Positions 1-12,871 of a stretch of DNA of 64,000 bases are shown piece by piece. The DNA comes from Laetmonice hystrix (Eukaryota). Below the pieces are notes generated by a model. The model was not told where the DNA came from. It searched no databases and was given only the letters and a program-made list of their open reading frames with translations. Position 1 is the first letter of the stretch, and each line of letters starts with the position of its first letter. The translations under genes were made by a program, and so were the position numbers. The stretch spans positions 45,696,001 through 45,760,000 of the forward strand of contig OZ249436.1 in assembly GCA_965235115.1 (NCBI GenBank). Direction: 5' to 3'.

Positions 1-299
1 GAAATCGACCGAAACCACCAGGAAATGTGATATAAGGGCCGCTTAGCAACCACTTGAGACGCTTCCCCTGACTTTGCGCGGGGTACTGAACAACGTGGGG
101 CACTTAAGCTTGTTTATGAATCTCAACTTACGTACCCCACCTGCCTCAGTGGACTGCACTCGATATAAGGGGTCTTAAATTAAGAAGTTTTATGAATACG
201 GGCCCTGAGATGGATCGGGGAACGGGTCGGCCGACTCCTGGAGACCCATCGGACGATCAACAGGCCATTCTTCCAAAATGCATGTTAGTTGTTAGTTGT

Positions 300-1040
300 C
301 ACCTTCTCAGTAAGGGGGGGGGGGTGATATCATAGGCCATTCTCCCACCTTCTCTATAGGGGGGGGGATCATAGGCCATTCCCCCACCTTCTCTGTAAGC
401 GGATAATATCATAGGCCATTCTCCTACCTTCTCTGTAGGGGTGATATCATAGGCCATTCTCCCACCTTCTCTGTAGGGGGGATACCATAGGCCATTCTCC
501 CACCTTCTCTGTAGGAGGATAATATCATAGGCCATTCTCCCACCTTCTCTGTGGGGGGATAATATCATAGGCCATTCTCCCATCTTCTCTGTAGGGGGAT
601 GATATCATAGGCCATTCTCCCACCTTCTCTGTAGGGTGTAGGGGGATGATATCATAGGTCATTCTCCTACCTTCTCTGTGGGGGGATATCATAGGCCATT
701 CTCCCACCTTCTCTGTAGGATGTAGGGGGATGATATCATAGGTCATTCTCCTACCTTCTCTGTGGGGGGGGGGGTAGTATCATAGGCCATTCTCCCACCT
801 CCTCTGTAGGGGGATAATCTCATAGGCCATTCTCCCACCTTCTCTGTGGGGGGATGATATCATAGGCCACTCTCCCACCTTCTCTGTGGGGGGATGATAT
901 CATAGGCCATTCTCCCAACATCTCTGTAGGGGGTGGGTGATATAATGGGGCATTCTCCCACCTTCTCTGGGGGGGGGGGTGATATCACAGGCAATTCTCC
1001 CACCTTCTCTGTGGGGGGTGGGGGGTGTTATCACAGGCCA
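300..1040. repeat. Minisatellite, ~38-45 bp unit (gatatcataggccattctcccaccttctctgtagggg), roughly 17 copies
   Basis: Direct tandem repetition with variable G-run length. Confidence 0.95.
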
Positions 1041-1986
1041 TATCTTAAACTGGTACTTTAATCACTTATATATCTCGCTACCGTAATGCAAGTTAGATAT
1101 TGAAAAGGGTAAGCATAAAGCCTTTCCCTGATTTCAAACACATATTACACAACCTATGCTATAGGTACAAACTTAATACTTTTATGCATTTTATACCTGA
1201 AGACAAAAAGAGTTTCCCGTTATTTTTGAACCTCAACATGTGGTCAACAGATTTGTCGCCAAGTGTTCTACAGTCACCGTCGCTAAAACATCCGTTATCC
1301 TTGCTTTCAAAGTTTCAATATCAGGAACTGATGAACTGAACACTTCACATAGCCCCCTATAAAAGAGGGGTAATGTGTGGTGAAGGTGGTGGCCATGGCA
1401 TTGCATCATCCCTCCCAATCTATCGGTTTGGGAAGGTTCAAGAACTGATGAACAACGGAACCTCAGTGTGTAACTGTACATTTTGTTTCGTGATACCACA
1501 AACCACACTGGGCTTTCTTTTTCATAGACGCCATTCTGATACTGAATGCAGCGCCACCTGTACGTAAAAAAGTCTATGAATTGGTTTACGTAATGCCCCA
1601 AAATTCCTGTTTTTATCTAGAATAGTTTTTAAGATAATGATTGTCCATTATTAGGGAAAGACTTTATGTTCACCATGTATAGAAATTACGTGCACAGAAA
1701 GTTACATGATCAAACGATCATAGAACATCGTTTAAAAAACACATTACATAACATTGTATCCCGAGGGTAGACTATTATAAAGTACTCTACTAGAGGAACC
1801 TCAGTCTATAGTTGATAAACCAAGGTAAGAATTAAGTATGTATAGCCGAAGGCAGATGACTCTGGCCAGTGACCTTTCGCCGACAGTTATTGTCAGAGGT
1901 CAACGTGTTTTTGCATTGGAGTCTGATATTGCCTCACACATGCGCGATGCGCTGGTACTAAGTGGCTGACTTTCCTCGCCGCCAAA

Positions 1987-2105
1987 TCTGGGAACGTTAC
2001 CTCCATGTAACCAGCGTCTTGACGTAGGCCTACTCTGGGAACGTTACCTCCGTGTAACCAGCGTCTTGACGTACTCTGGGAACGTTACAATGTAACCAGC
2101 GTCCT
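1987..2105. repeat. Short tandem repeat, 3 copies of ~40-46 bp (tctgggaacgttacctccatgtaaccagcgtc)
   Basis: Three near-identical copies just upstream of a GTAAGT donor-like site at 2125. Confidence 0.85.
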
Positions 2106-2205
2106 GAATATTCTAGGAGAAAACGTAAGTACTTCTTTCAATTCATACATTCGTGGAGATACAATCGTACCTATGCCGACGCGAATTGGTGGCAACCGAG
2201 CCTGA

Positions 2206-2658
2206 GGGCCCGTTTCCACCAAGATTTGGCGTCGGCGTTTCATTTGGCGTTCGAGTGATTCCACCCAGATTATGCGTTCGCGTTTTTTGAGCTTGAAATT
2301 TCACATTACACCCACGATGTAGCGGCCTAGTAACTTATTTTTGCACTGTCTAGTAATTTGGGGCAGAAAAAAAATTAAATTCGTACCATCTACATTCACC
2401 TCAGGCTCCGCTCTTATTGATTCCCCTAGGTTTCCTTAACCGTGGTCGCTTTGGTTCCCTAGTCGTTTCTGTAGAGCTTGAATTAACTTTCCTGTGTCTA
2501 CTGAATTGCTCATTTTTCTGGACGATGAACAAACTTTCTGCACCAGGTGCTGAGCAGGCGAGTCCTCATGAGGTAATTTTCCGAATATAGCACAGAAAAC
2601 GCGCGCGTCGAGATTGTGATTCAAACGCCGACGCTGAAGCTTGGTGGAAACAAGCCCC
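2206..2658. mobile_element. MITE with imperfect TIRs, PIF/Harbinger-like termini
   Basis: Left gggcccgtttccaccaagatttggcgtcggcgttt pairs with right aaacgccgacgctgaagcttggtggaaacaagccc. Confidence 0.7.
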
Positions 2659-2950
2659 TAGGCGATAGGTACGTCGCTTAAAAAATGAATTGCTTCCGTT
2701 TTCACACGTGGCTTGAGTTTCTTGTATGGTTATATATCTGCAAAGTACTTTCAGCGAAGTTGTTATCGCCCTGGTGGACACTATACCATCTTCGTCAGAA
2801 CAAACACTTTACAACAGACTTCAAGGGCCTCAATATAGAGGAAACATTGCGAAGATCAAAGTTATATAATCTTCCTTGTTTGCAGGTTACCATATGGAGG
2901 GAAACCTTTGCCGTTTCTGATGCTTGAGTCGTGCTGACATATCAGAAAAC

Positions 2951-3044
2951 ATGACGCTGTTGTTCTGGATTGTCACAGTGTCGGTATTCCTCGCACTTCT
3001 GGAGGTGTCGGAAACCAAGGAAACTAACCAAACGCTCAAATGTG
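2951..3044 (+). CDS. Gene A coding exon 1: signal peptide MTLLFWIVTVSVFLALLEVSETKETNQTLKC
   Basis: ATG 2951, hydrophobic N-terminus, donor G|GTAAGC at 3045 (phase 1). Upstream acceptor tgtttgcag ending 2885 suggests a non-coding first exon (candidate donor GTAAGT 2125). Confidence 0.85.
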
Positions 3045-3617
3045 GTAAGCTACTTACAGATTTAATTATCTTCGCCTCTAGGTTTGATATAGGCTCTGTC
3101 TTGAAACGTTTGGGTCAAAGGCCAATCTAAATTATAGTCGGCACTTATGACCGCTATCCCTCAATCACCTAATAATTGATAGCTTTTCTTGGTAATTAAG
3201 TTTTTAGCCTATACGTAAATGGGCGAAACTCGATTTGCTGAGATTGCCTTGACATATAAAGCGCGTTATGATATTGACACGACTGGATACCATGGTCAGT
3301 CATAAAGAGACAGTGAGGAGTTGCTTATATTGACTCATATTCCAATCTCCTATCATTGACTCTAACTTTGAAATAAATCCCCATGACATTCTGATCAAAT
3401 GTTCAGTCACCTATTTGCCTTACATACGACTTCTGCCTAAAGGCGGGTGTCCACTGTCCCGATCTTCATTCGATTTTCCATCCAATAATTTAAACAATCT
3501 CCCAAAAATTGTGTTTGCCACAAATCTTTCCAGTCATATTACGCCTGAAGTATGCATATTTTCACCTAACATTCGTTGAAAAATATATCACTATATTTGT
3601 TATTTTCATTTCTGCAG

Positions 3618-5677
3618 ATACGTGCATAACACTTAGGCCAAAAGGTTATTTAAGTACTTCAAACAGTACCACATCTGTCCCGGGATACAAACCAATGGAG
3701 CGGCCTAACGTCGTGTTCGTCGAAAAGCTCTTCAAGAGGTACAAGAGGTTATCTGGTGACAGCAATGAGGACGGTGGCGAGGGTCGCAGGAAGAAGAAAT
3801 ATGATGTCGACCGCCCTCGTCTGGTGCAGTCAGAGGAGGTTTATGATGATTACGATTATGGTGACAATGAGGACGGTCGCGAGGGTCGCAGGAAGAAAAA
3901 ATCTTATGTCGGCCGCCCTCGTCTGGTGCAGTCAGAGGAGGTTTATGATGATTACGATTATGGTGACAATGAGGACGGTCGCGAGGGTCGCAGGAAGAAA
4001 AAATCTTATGTCGGCCGCCCTCGTCTGGTGCAGTCAGAGGAGGTTTATGATGATTACGATTATGGTGACAATGAGGACGGTCGCGAGGGTCGCAGGAAGA
4101 AGAAATCTCATGCCAACCGCCCTCGTCTGGTGCAAGCAGAGGAGGTTTACGATGATTACGATTATGAAGAATACGAAGACCCTGACAAAGATTACGAAGA
4201 GGACCGCCGACCTGCAAAGCGCCACAGAGTGCCAAAGGCCAAGAGATACAGGCTACAGCAGGACAAGGAAGATGTCCCGGATTATGAGTACGAAGATTAC
4301 GACGAACCAAGGTCACGACGCCAGCGTAAAGATGACCTTTACAAGCCGAAACGCCGGGGCAGGACGCGTACTGCACGGTACCGACCGGTGACTGACCGAC
4401 GAATGGTCAGGTACGTCCAGAGTGACCGTAACGCTCCCCGCCCAAGCAGACGAACTCGTAGGTTCAAGGACAGTTATTATAGACGGCGGAGGAACCAGTC
4501 GAGCAGGTACCGTGCCGTCACTAGGTACGCCAGACTGACACCAAAAAGGTTCCCCAGAATATTTGACCATGTCATCTACCATGACGATTCCAACTACGAC
4601 TATGACGATGAGGGAGACTATGGATCAAGGGACGATGACCACCAAGCTACACGTAGGCATTTTGTCATACTCAAACACATAAATAGGCATCAAGAAAAGA
4701 AAGAGACATATTCATCGGAAAGCAATTCTCAATTTGGAAGATACAGGTTGTTTAGAAAACGGCGCCCGAACCACCACCCCGACAGGTATCAGCATTCAGC
4801 ACACTACACCAGCAACAATGGCGACAACGTGAAGAAATACAAAGTCCACGTTCTCAGAAAACGACCTCTCCATCCCAAGAAAAGGTCTCCAGTCCATGAA
4901 CCATATTCGTCCGAAGAATACAAGAACAAAATAAAGCCGTCCCATCAAGAACAAGGAAGAGGACACCACGGAAGAAGTGACCTGGGTTCTATACCGCGTG
5001 CCCAAAAAGGAGAAATCAAAAGTAACGAAGCGGCATTAGAATCGTCCGATTGGCTTGAAGATGAAAACAGTGTTCAGGTCTCGCTATCCTATATCTGTAA
5101 CACCAACTTCGGAGATGGAGCCCAAAGACGGTTGTTGTATCCCGAGGGACGACAGGCGGTAGATAGCGACAAAGGAAGTCATGAGCCCGAGACTATCATC
5201 CTGCCTGACACCATGACCACGCCCTCTGTGAGCACCAACGGTCCTGTGTCCTCAATAAGGTTCAAACACGAGCAGCTTGGAAACGACATCGTCAGATACA
5301 CCACTGATACCACGCAGTTAGTATCAGGGGCGAGCAAGCCCAGCGCCCGACTGCCAGAGGATGAGAAGGAGCTAAACGTGAAGAGAATCCTTGCCTTTCA
5401 TGCGGAACCGATTGACCATGGGGAATCCCACGAACGAGAGAGGAAAAAAGAGAAGTCCCACCATGACTGGCACCACCAGGAGCGCCACCCCGACCACCAC
5501 CACCACCACCACCACGACCACCGGCCCTCTCATCCTCACTGGCCGTCACAGGACCACCACCCGCCACCCCCTCCACGGATCTTTATACAACGACCCCGTA
5601 CATTGAACACTGACATCCCTGTACATCATATTCAACATGTTGGCCCCAAGATGGACATCTCCTGCTCTGCAAAATGA
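3618..5677 (+). CDS. Gene A coding exon 2: secreted low-complexity Arg/Asp/Tyr-rich, His-rich protein (~717 aa total) with VSLSYICN and C-terminal HVGPKMDISC motifs
   Basis: Acceptor ttttcatttctgcAG at 3617; G+AT=Asp keeps frame with exon 1; 2 kb open frame to TGA 5675-5677; motifs shared with gene B. Confidence 0.9.
3757..4165 (+). repeat. Coding tandem repeat, 102 bp / 34 aa, ~4 copies (RPRLVQSEEVYDDYDYGDNEDGREGRRKKKSYVG)
   Basis: Units recur at 3812, 3914, 4016 and 4118. Confidence 0.95.
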
Positions 5678-5754
5678 GATGGCCTCGGAGGGCAGGATAT
5701 GAGTCGTCCATATCCTGGAACAATGCAATAATTGTATATTAGATATATTGGTTG

Positions 5755-5999
5755 TGTGAGACAGAGATAGAGAGAGAGAGAGCACGAGAGAGCGAGAGAG
5801 AGACAGAGATAAATAGAGAGAGAAAGAGAGAGAGAAAGAGAGAGACAGAGGGGGAGATGGAGAGAGTGATGGAGAGAGACGGAGGGAGAAAGAAATAGAG
5901 AGGGGGCGCTAGAGAGAGGGAGAAAGAAAGAGAGAGAGTAAGAGACAGGGAGAGAGAAATAGAGAGAGTGAGAGTGAGAGAGAGGGAAAAAGAAAGAAA

Positions 6000-6092
<93 letters not shown>
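5755..6092. repeat. (GA)n/(GT)n microsatellite in the probable 3' UTR of gene A
   Basis: Direct inspection. Confidence 0.95.
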
Positions 6093-6096
<4 letters not shown>

Positions 6097-6826
6097 CGGA
6101 GTAGGAGCACGACTGGAACATGTGAGATTTTAAAGGCGTTAGGAGTGTAAAGTGTTGTGTTTTTATCAACACGTAAATGTCGCAGGTGGTCATTTCGTGC
6201 AGACTCCGTCGTCGTTTGACATTCTCGACACATAGAAAGCCAGCGGTAACGACCTTCCATTTATGATGTGGACTTCTGGATCAGAACGCCTTTGGGCGGT
6301 CGCCTGTCACCCATAAAACCGATCCGTTCAAACCATATAATTCTTTTGCAATGACAAGTAAAAACATGTACGCATGGAGGTAAATGTGAGACGTATGGAC
6401 CACCTGAAGATTCGCGCGCAATGGCGGTCTTCTTTCTGATTGAAATCTAATGTGTAATCGAGTGTCATTTCTTCAACCTGTGCCAGCCCAGCTTCATGGT
6501 GACGTTGTAACCTGTGGGATTCGTCACCTCAGAGCTGGGCCCTTGGGCAGCCATAATTAATGATGATAAATGTTGCACATGATTTGTTTTTTAAAAATCC
6601 TGGATAACCGCTGAATATAGAAATCAACAACTCGATCGGGCACGCACATACATGCCCCAAGTACATGTTATTGTGTGTCGGGCACATACATAATAAGTGT
6701 AAACATGCAGTAGGACATACATGTATGTGCACGTCGACAAGTAGATGTTAATATATCTGATCACTGTGTAATATCAATGTGGAAAATCAATACAGAACTA
6801 TTGTAAACATAAACGATTTAATGTCG

Positions 6827-6832
6827 AATAAA
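6827..6832 (+). promoter_or_regulatory. Candidate polyadenylation signal AATAAA for gene A
   Basis: Canonical hexamer ~1.15 kb after the stop, followed by T/GT-rich sequence. Confidence 0.5.
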
Positions 6833-6873
6833 AACTGTTGGATACTTTTCAACTGATTTATCTGTGGAGGTTG

Positions 6874-9800
6874 GTTGATCCTTATGTACCGAACCGTCCG
6901 GTGTAAGGTTCATGTTGATCCGTATATACCCAACCGTCGGGTGTAAGGTTCATGTTGATCCTTATATACCCAACCGTCGGGCGTAAGGTTCATGTTGATC
7001 CTTATGCACCCAACGGTCGGGTGTAAGGTTCATGTTGATCCTTATATACCCAACCGTTGGGCGTAAGGTTCATGTTGATCCTTATGCACCCAACGGTCGG
7101 GTGTAAGGTTCATGTTGATCCTTATATACCCAACCGTTGGGCGTAAGGTTCATGTTGATCCTTATATACCCAACCGTCGGGCGTAAGGTTCCTGTTGATC
7201 CTTATATACCCAACGGTCGGGAGTAAGGTTCATGTTGATCCTTCTATACCCAACCGTCGGGTGTAAGGTTCATGTTGATCCTTATATACCCAACGGTCGG
7301 GCGTAAGGTTCATGTTGATCCTTATATACTCAACCACCGGGCGTAAGGTTCATGTTGATCCTTATATACCCAACGGTCGGGCGTAAGGTTCAAGTTAATC
7401 TTTATGTACCCAACCGTCGGGTGTAAGGTTCATGTTGATCCCTATATACCCAACCGTCGGGTGTAAGGTTCATGTTGATCCTTATATACCCAACGGTCGG
7501 GCGTTAGGCTCCTGTTGATCCTTATATACCCAACGGTCGGGCGTAAGGTTCATGTTGATCCTTATATACCCAACCGTCGGGTGTAAGGTTCAAGTAGATT
7601 CTTATACCCCCAACCGTCGGGCGTAAGGTTCATGTTGATCCTTATATACCCAACCGCCGGGCGTAAGGTTCATGTTAATCCTTATATACCCAACCGCCGG
7701 GCGTAAGGTTCATGTTGATCCTTATATACCCAACCGTCGGGTGTAAGGTTCATGTTGATCCTTATATACCCAACCGTCGGGTGTAAGGTTCATGTTGATC
7801 CCTATGTACCCAACCGTCGGCGTAAGGTTCATGTTGATCCTTATATACCCAACCGTCGGGTGTAAGGTTCATGTTGATCCTTATATACCCAACCGTCGGG
7901 CGTAAGGTTCATGTTGATCCTTATATACTCAACCACCGGGCGTAAGGTTCATGTTGATCCTTATTATACCCAACCGTCGGGCGTAAGGTTCATGTTGATC
8001 CTTATATACCCAACCACCGGGCGTGAGGTTCATGTTGATCCTTATATACTCAACCGTCGGGTGTAAGGTTCATGTTGATCCTTATATACCCAACGGTCGG
8101 GCGTAAGGTTCATGTTGATCCTTATACCCCCAACCGTCGGGTGTAAGGTTCATGTTGATCCTTATATACCCAACCGTCGGGCGTAAGGTTCATGTTGATC
8201 CTTATATACCCAACGGTCGAGCGTAAGGTTCATGTTGATCCTTATATACCCAACGGTCGGGCGTAAGGTTCATGTTGATCCTTATATACCCAACAGTCGG
8301 GCGTAAGGTTCATGTTGATCCTTATATACCCAACGGTCGGGCGTAAGGTTCATGTTGATCCTTATACCCAACCGTCGGGCGTAAGGTTCATGTTGATCCT
8401 TATATACCCAACCGTCGGGCGTAAGGTTCCTGGTGATCCTTATATACCCAACCGTCGGGCGTAAGGTTCATGTTGATCCTTATATACCCAACGGTCGGGC
8501 GTAAGGTTCATGTTGATCCTTATGTACCCAACGGTCGGGCGTAAGGTTCATGTTGATCCTTATATACCCAACCGTCGGGCGTAAGGTTCATGTTGATCCT
8601 TATGTACCCAACGGTCCGGCGTAAGGTTCATGTTGATCCTTATATACCCAACCGTCGGGCGTAAGGTTCATGTTGATCCTTATATACCCAACCGTCGGGT
8701 GTAAGGTTCATGTTGATCCTTATGTACCCAACCGTCGGGTGTAAGGTTCATGTTGATCCCTATGTACCCAACCGTCGGGTGTAAGGTTCATGTTGATCCT
8801 TATATACCCAACCGTCGGGTGTAAGTTTCATGTTGATCCTTATGTACCCAACCGTCGGGCGTAAGGTTTATGTTGATCCTTATATACCCAACCGTCGGGC
8901 GTAAGGTTCATGTTGATCCTTATATACCCAACGGTCGGGCGTAAGGTTCATGTTGATCCTTATATACCCAACCGTCGGGTGTAAGGTTCATGTTGATCCT
9001 TATGTACCCAACCGTCGGGTGTAAGGTTCATGTTGATCCCTATGTACCCAACCGTCGGGTGTAAGGTTCATGTTGATCCTTATATACCCAACCGTCGGGT
9101 GTAAGTTTCATGTTGATCCTTATGTACCCAGCCGTCGGGTGTAAGGTTCATGTTGATCCTTATATACCCAACCGTCAGGCGTAAGGTTCATGTTAATCCT
9201 TATATACCCAGCCGTCGGGTGTAAGGTTCATGTTGATCCTTATGTACCCAACCGTCGGGTGTAAGGTTCATGTTGATCCTTATATACCCAACCGTCGGGT
9301 GTAAGGTTCATGTTGATCCTTATACCCCCAACCGTCGGGTGTAAGGTTCATGTTGATCCTTATATACCCAACCGTCGGGCGTAAGGTTCATGTTGATCCT
9401 TATGCACCCAACGGTCGGGTGTAAGGTTCATGTTGATCCTTATATACCCAACCGTTGGGCGTAAGGTTCATGTTGATCCTTATGCACCCAACGGTCGGGT
9501 GTAAGGTTCATGTTGATCCTTATATACCCAACCGTTGGGCGTAAGGTTCAAGTTGATCCTTATATACCCAACCGTCGGGCGTAAGGTTCCTGTTGATCCT
9601 TATATACCCAACGGTCGGGAGTAAGGTTCATGTTGATCCTTCTATACCCAACCGTCGGGTGTAAGGTTCATGTTGATCCTTATATACCCAACGGTCGGGC
9701 GTAAGGTTCATGTTGATCCTTATATACTCAACCACCGGGCGTAAGGTTCATGTTGATCCTTATATACCCAACGGTCGGGCGTAAGGTTCAAGTTAATCTT

Positions 9801-12201
9801 TATGTACCCAACCGTCGGGTGTAAGGTTCATGTTGATCCCTATATACCCAACCGTCGGGTGTAAGGTTCATGTTGATCCTTATATACCCAACGGTCGGGC
9901 GTTAGGCTCCTGTTGATCCTTATATACCCAACGGTCGGGCGTAAGGTTCATGTTGATCCTTATATACCCAACCGTCGGGTGTAAGGTTCAAGTAGATTCT
10001 TATACCCCCAACCGTCGGGCGTAAGGTTCATGTTGATCCTTATATACCCAACCGCCGGGCGTAAGGTTCATGTTAATCCTTATATACCCAACCGCCGGGC
10101 GTAAGGTTCATGTTGATCCTTATATACCCAACCGTCGGGTGTAAGGTTCATGTTGATCCTTATATACCCAACCGTCGGGTGTAAGGTTCATGTTGATCCC
10201 TATGTACCCAACCGTCGGCGTAAGGTTCATGTTGATCCTTATATACCCAACCGTCGGGTGTAAGGTTCATGTTGATCCTTATATACCCAACCGTCGGGCG
10301 TAAGGTTCATGTTGATCCTTATATACTCAACCACCGGGCGTAAGGTTCATGTTGATCCTTATAATACCCAACCGTCGGGCGTAAGGTTCATGTTGATCCT
10401 TATATACCCAACCACCGGGCGTGAGGTTCATGTTGATCCTTATATACTCAACCGTCGGGTGTAAGGTTCATGTTGATCCTTATATACCCAACGGTCGGGC
10501 GTAAGGTTCATGTTGATCCTTATACCCCCAACCGTCGGGTGTAAGGTTCATGTTGATCCTTATATACCCAACCGTCGGGCGTAAGGTTCATGTTGATCCT
10601 TATATACCCAACGGTCGAGCGTAAGGTTCATGTTGATCCTTATATACCCAACCGTCGGGCGTAAGGTTCATGTTGATCCTTATATACCCAACAGTCGGGC
10701 GTAAGGTTCATGTTGATCCTTATATACCCAACGGTCGGGCGTAAGGTTCATGTTGATCCTTATACCCAACCGTCGGGCGTAAGGTTCATGTTGATCCTTA
10801 TATACCCAACCGTCGGGCGTAAGGTTCCTGGTGATCCTTATATACCCAACCGTCGGGCGTAAGGTTCATGTTGATCCTTATATACCCAACGGTCGGGCGT
10901 AAGGTTCATGTTGATCCTTATGTACCCAACGGTCGGGCGTAAGGTTCATGTTGATCCTTATATACCCAACCGTCGGGCGTAAGGTTCATGTTGATCCTTA
11001 TGTACCCAACGGTCCGGCGTAAGGTTCATGTTGATCCTTATATACCCAACCGTCGGGCGTAAGGTTCATGTTGATCCTTATATACCCAACCGTCGGGTGT
11101 AAGGTTCATGTTGATCCTTATGTACCCAACCGTCGGGTGTAAGGTTCATGTTGATCCCTATGTACCCAACCGTCGGGTGTAAGGTTCATGTTGATCCTTA
11201 TATACCCAACCGTCGGGTGTAAGTTTCATGTTGATCCTTATGTACCCAACCGTCGGGCGTAAGGTTTATGTTGATCCTTATATACCCAACCGTCGGGCGT
11301 AAGGTTCATGTTGATCCTTATATACCCAACGGTCGGGCGTAAGGTTCATGTTGATCCTTATATACCCAACCGTCGGGTGTAAGGTTCATGTTGATCCTTA
11401 TGTACCCAACCGTCGGGTGTAAGGTTCATGTTGATCCCTATGTACCCAACCGTCGGGTGTAAGGTTCATGTTGATCCTTATATACCCAACCGTCGGGTGT
11501 AAGTTTCATGTTGATCCTTATGTACCCAGCCGTCGGGTGTAAGGTTCATGTTGATCCTTATATACCCAACCGTCAGGCGTAAGGTTCATGTTAATCCTTA
11601 TATACCCAGCCGTCGGGTGTAAGGTTCATGTTGATCCTTATGTACCCAACCGTCGGGTGTAAGGTTCATGTTGATCCTTATATACCCAACCGTCGGGTGT
11701 AAGGTTCATGTTGATCCTTATACCCCCAACCGTCGGGTGTAAGGTTCATGTTGATCCTTATGTACCCAACGGTCGGGCGTAAGGTTCATGTTGATCCTTA
11801 TGTACCCAACCGTCGGGTGTAAGGTTCATGTTGATCCTTATGTACCCAACCGTCGGGTGTAAGGTTCATGTTGATCCTTATATACCCAACCGTCGGGTGT
11901 AAGGTTCATGTTGATCCTTATATACCCAACCGTCAGGCGTAAGGTTCATGTTGATCCTTATATATACCCAACCGTCGGGCGTAAGGTTCATGTTGATCCT
12001 TATATACCCAACCGTCGGGCGTAAGGTTCATGTTGATCCTTATATATACCCAACCGTCGGGTGTAAGGTTCATGTTGATCCTTATATACCCAACCGTCGG
12101 GCGTAAGGTTCATGTTGATCCTTATATACCCAACCGTCGGGTGTAAGGTTCATGTTGATCCTTATATACCCAACGGTCGGGCGTAAGGTTCATGTTGATC
12201 C
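6874..12201. repeat. 40-bp satellite (gtaaggttcatgttgatccttatatacccaaccgtcgggc), ~130 copies with a ~2.4 kb higher-order duplication
   Basis: Tandem 40-mers; rare variants recur at an offset of 2398 bp. Confidence 0.97.
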
Positions 12202-12871
12202 AAGGGATGGGCTTACAGCGTGACAACTCGTAATAACGACTTAAGGCCTAGATACACAGCCCAATTTACGGCCGAATTTGAGATACGGCCTATTTTTCTC
12301 CATATGAAAACTATCGTAATAACGATTTAATAACGATCCTCATTTACTGTTTGCAAACTTCCTCCAATTCTCGTTAGCAGCCTCCACGGAACCAACGGCT
12401 CGGGACTCATACAGTAATAGCAGCACCGGCCCTCTACAAGACATTCACAGTTGTCTGGGGTCATGTCTCATTCTGTAAAGTTCTGTAATACGGGAGTTTC
12501 TCAAAACTAGTTCACTCAAATACCGCTATGCGCCGCCAGCGCTGAAAGCCCAATTCCGCCGACACTGGGACTTCCGGTGTCAACATCCACTACGACACAC
12601 CGCCGCTTTCTTTCTTTCATGATCGTCGGGCTCGACTGGGCTATAGACACGCTACCTCGGTTGCCAGTGAAACAAGCTTCCCTTATTTGGTCTTCTTGTT
12701 GCATGGCAAACCTCTTGCTGCCAAATACTTTCGTAATTCCTTCACTGTCCGGCCGCAAAGCCATGACAAAGCCGGAGGAAGCAGTGACTGCAGACGATCC
12801 CCGTATTTTAAAGTGCTACCAAAAAGGCCTTGGGTATATTTATTCTGTCAGAAGAGTCTTTAAAATTACAT

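Noticed and set aside
3509..3617. ORF-track N-terminus of the 722-aa ORF
   Set aside because: Non-ATG start within intronic sequence upstream of a clear acceptor; the real start is in the signal-peptide exon
5739..6260. Ser/Leu and Glu/Arg dipeptide ORFs (also near 40000 and 56500)
   Set aside because: Translations of (GA)n microsatellites
6874..12201. Possible CRISPR array
   Set aside because: Contiguous tandem monomers with no unique spacers, no cas genes, and a eukaryotic context
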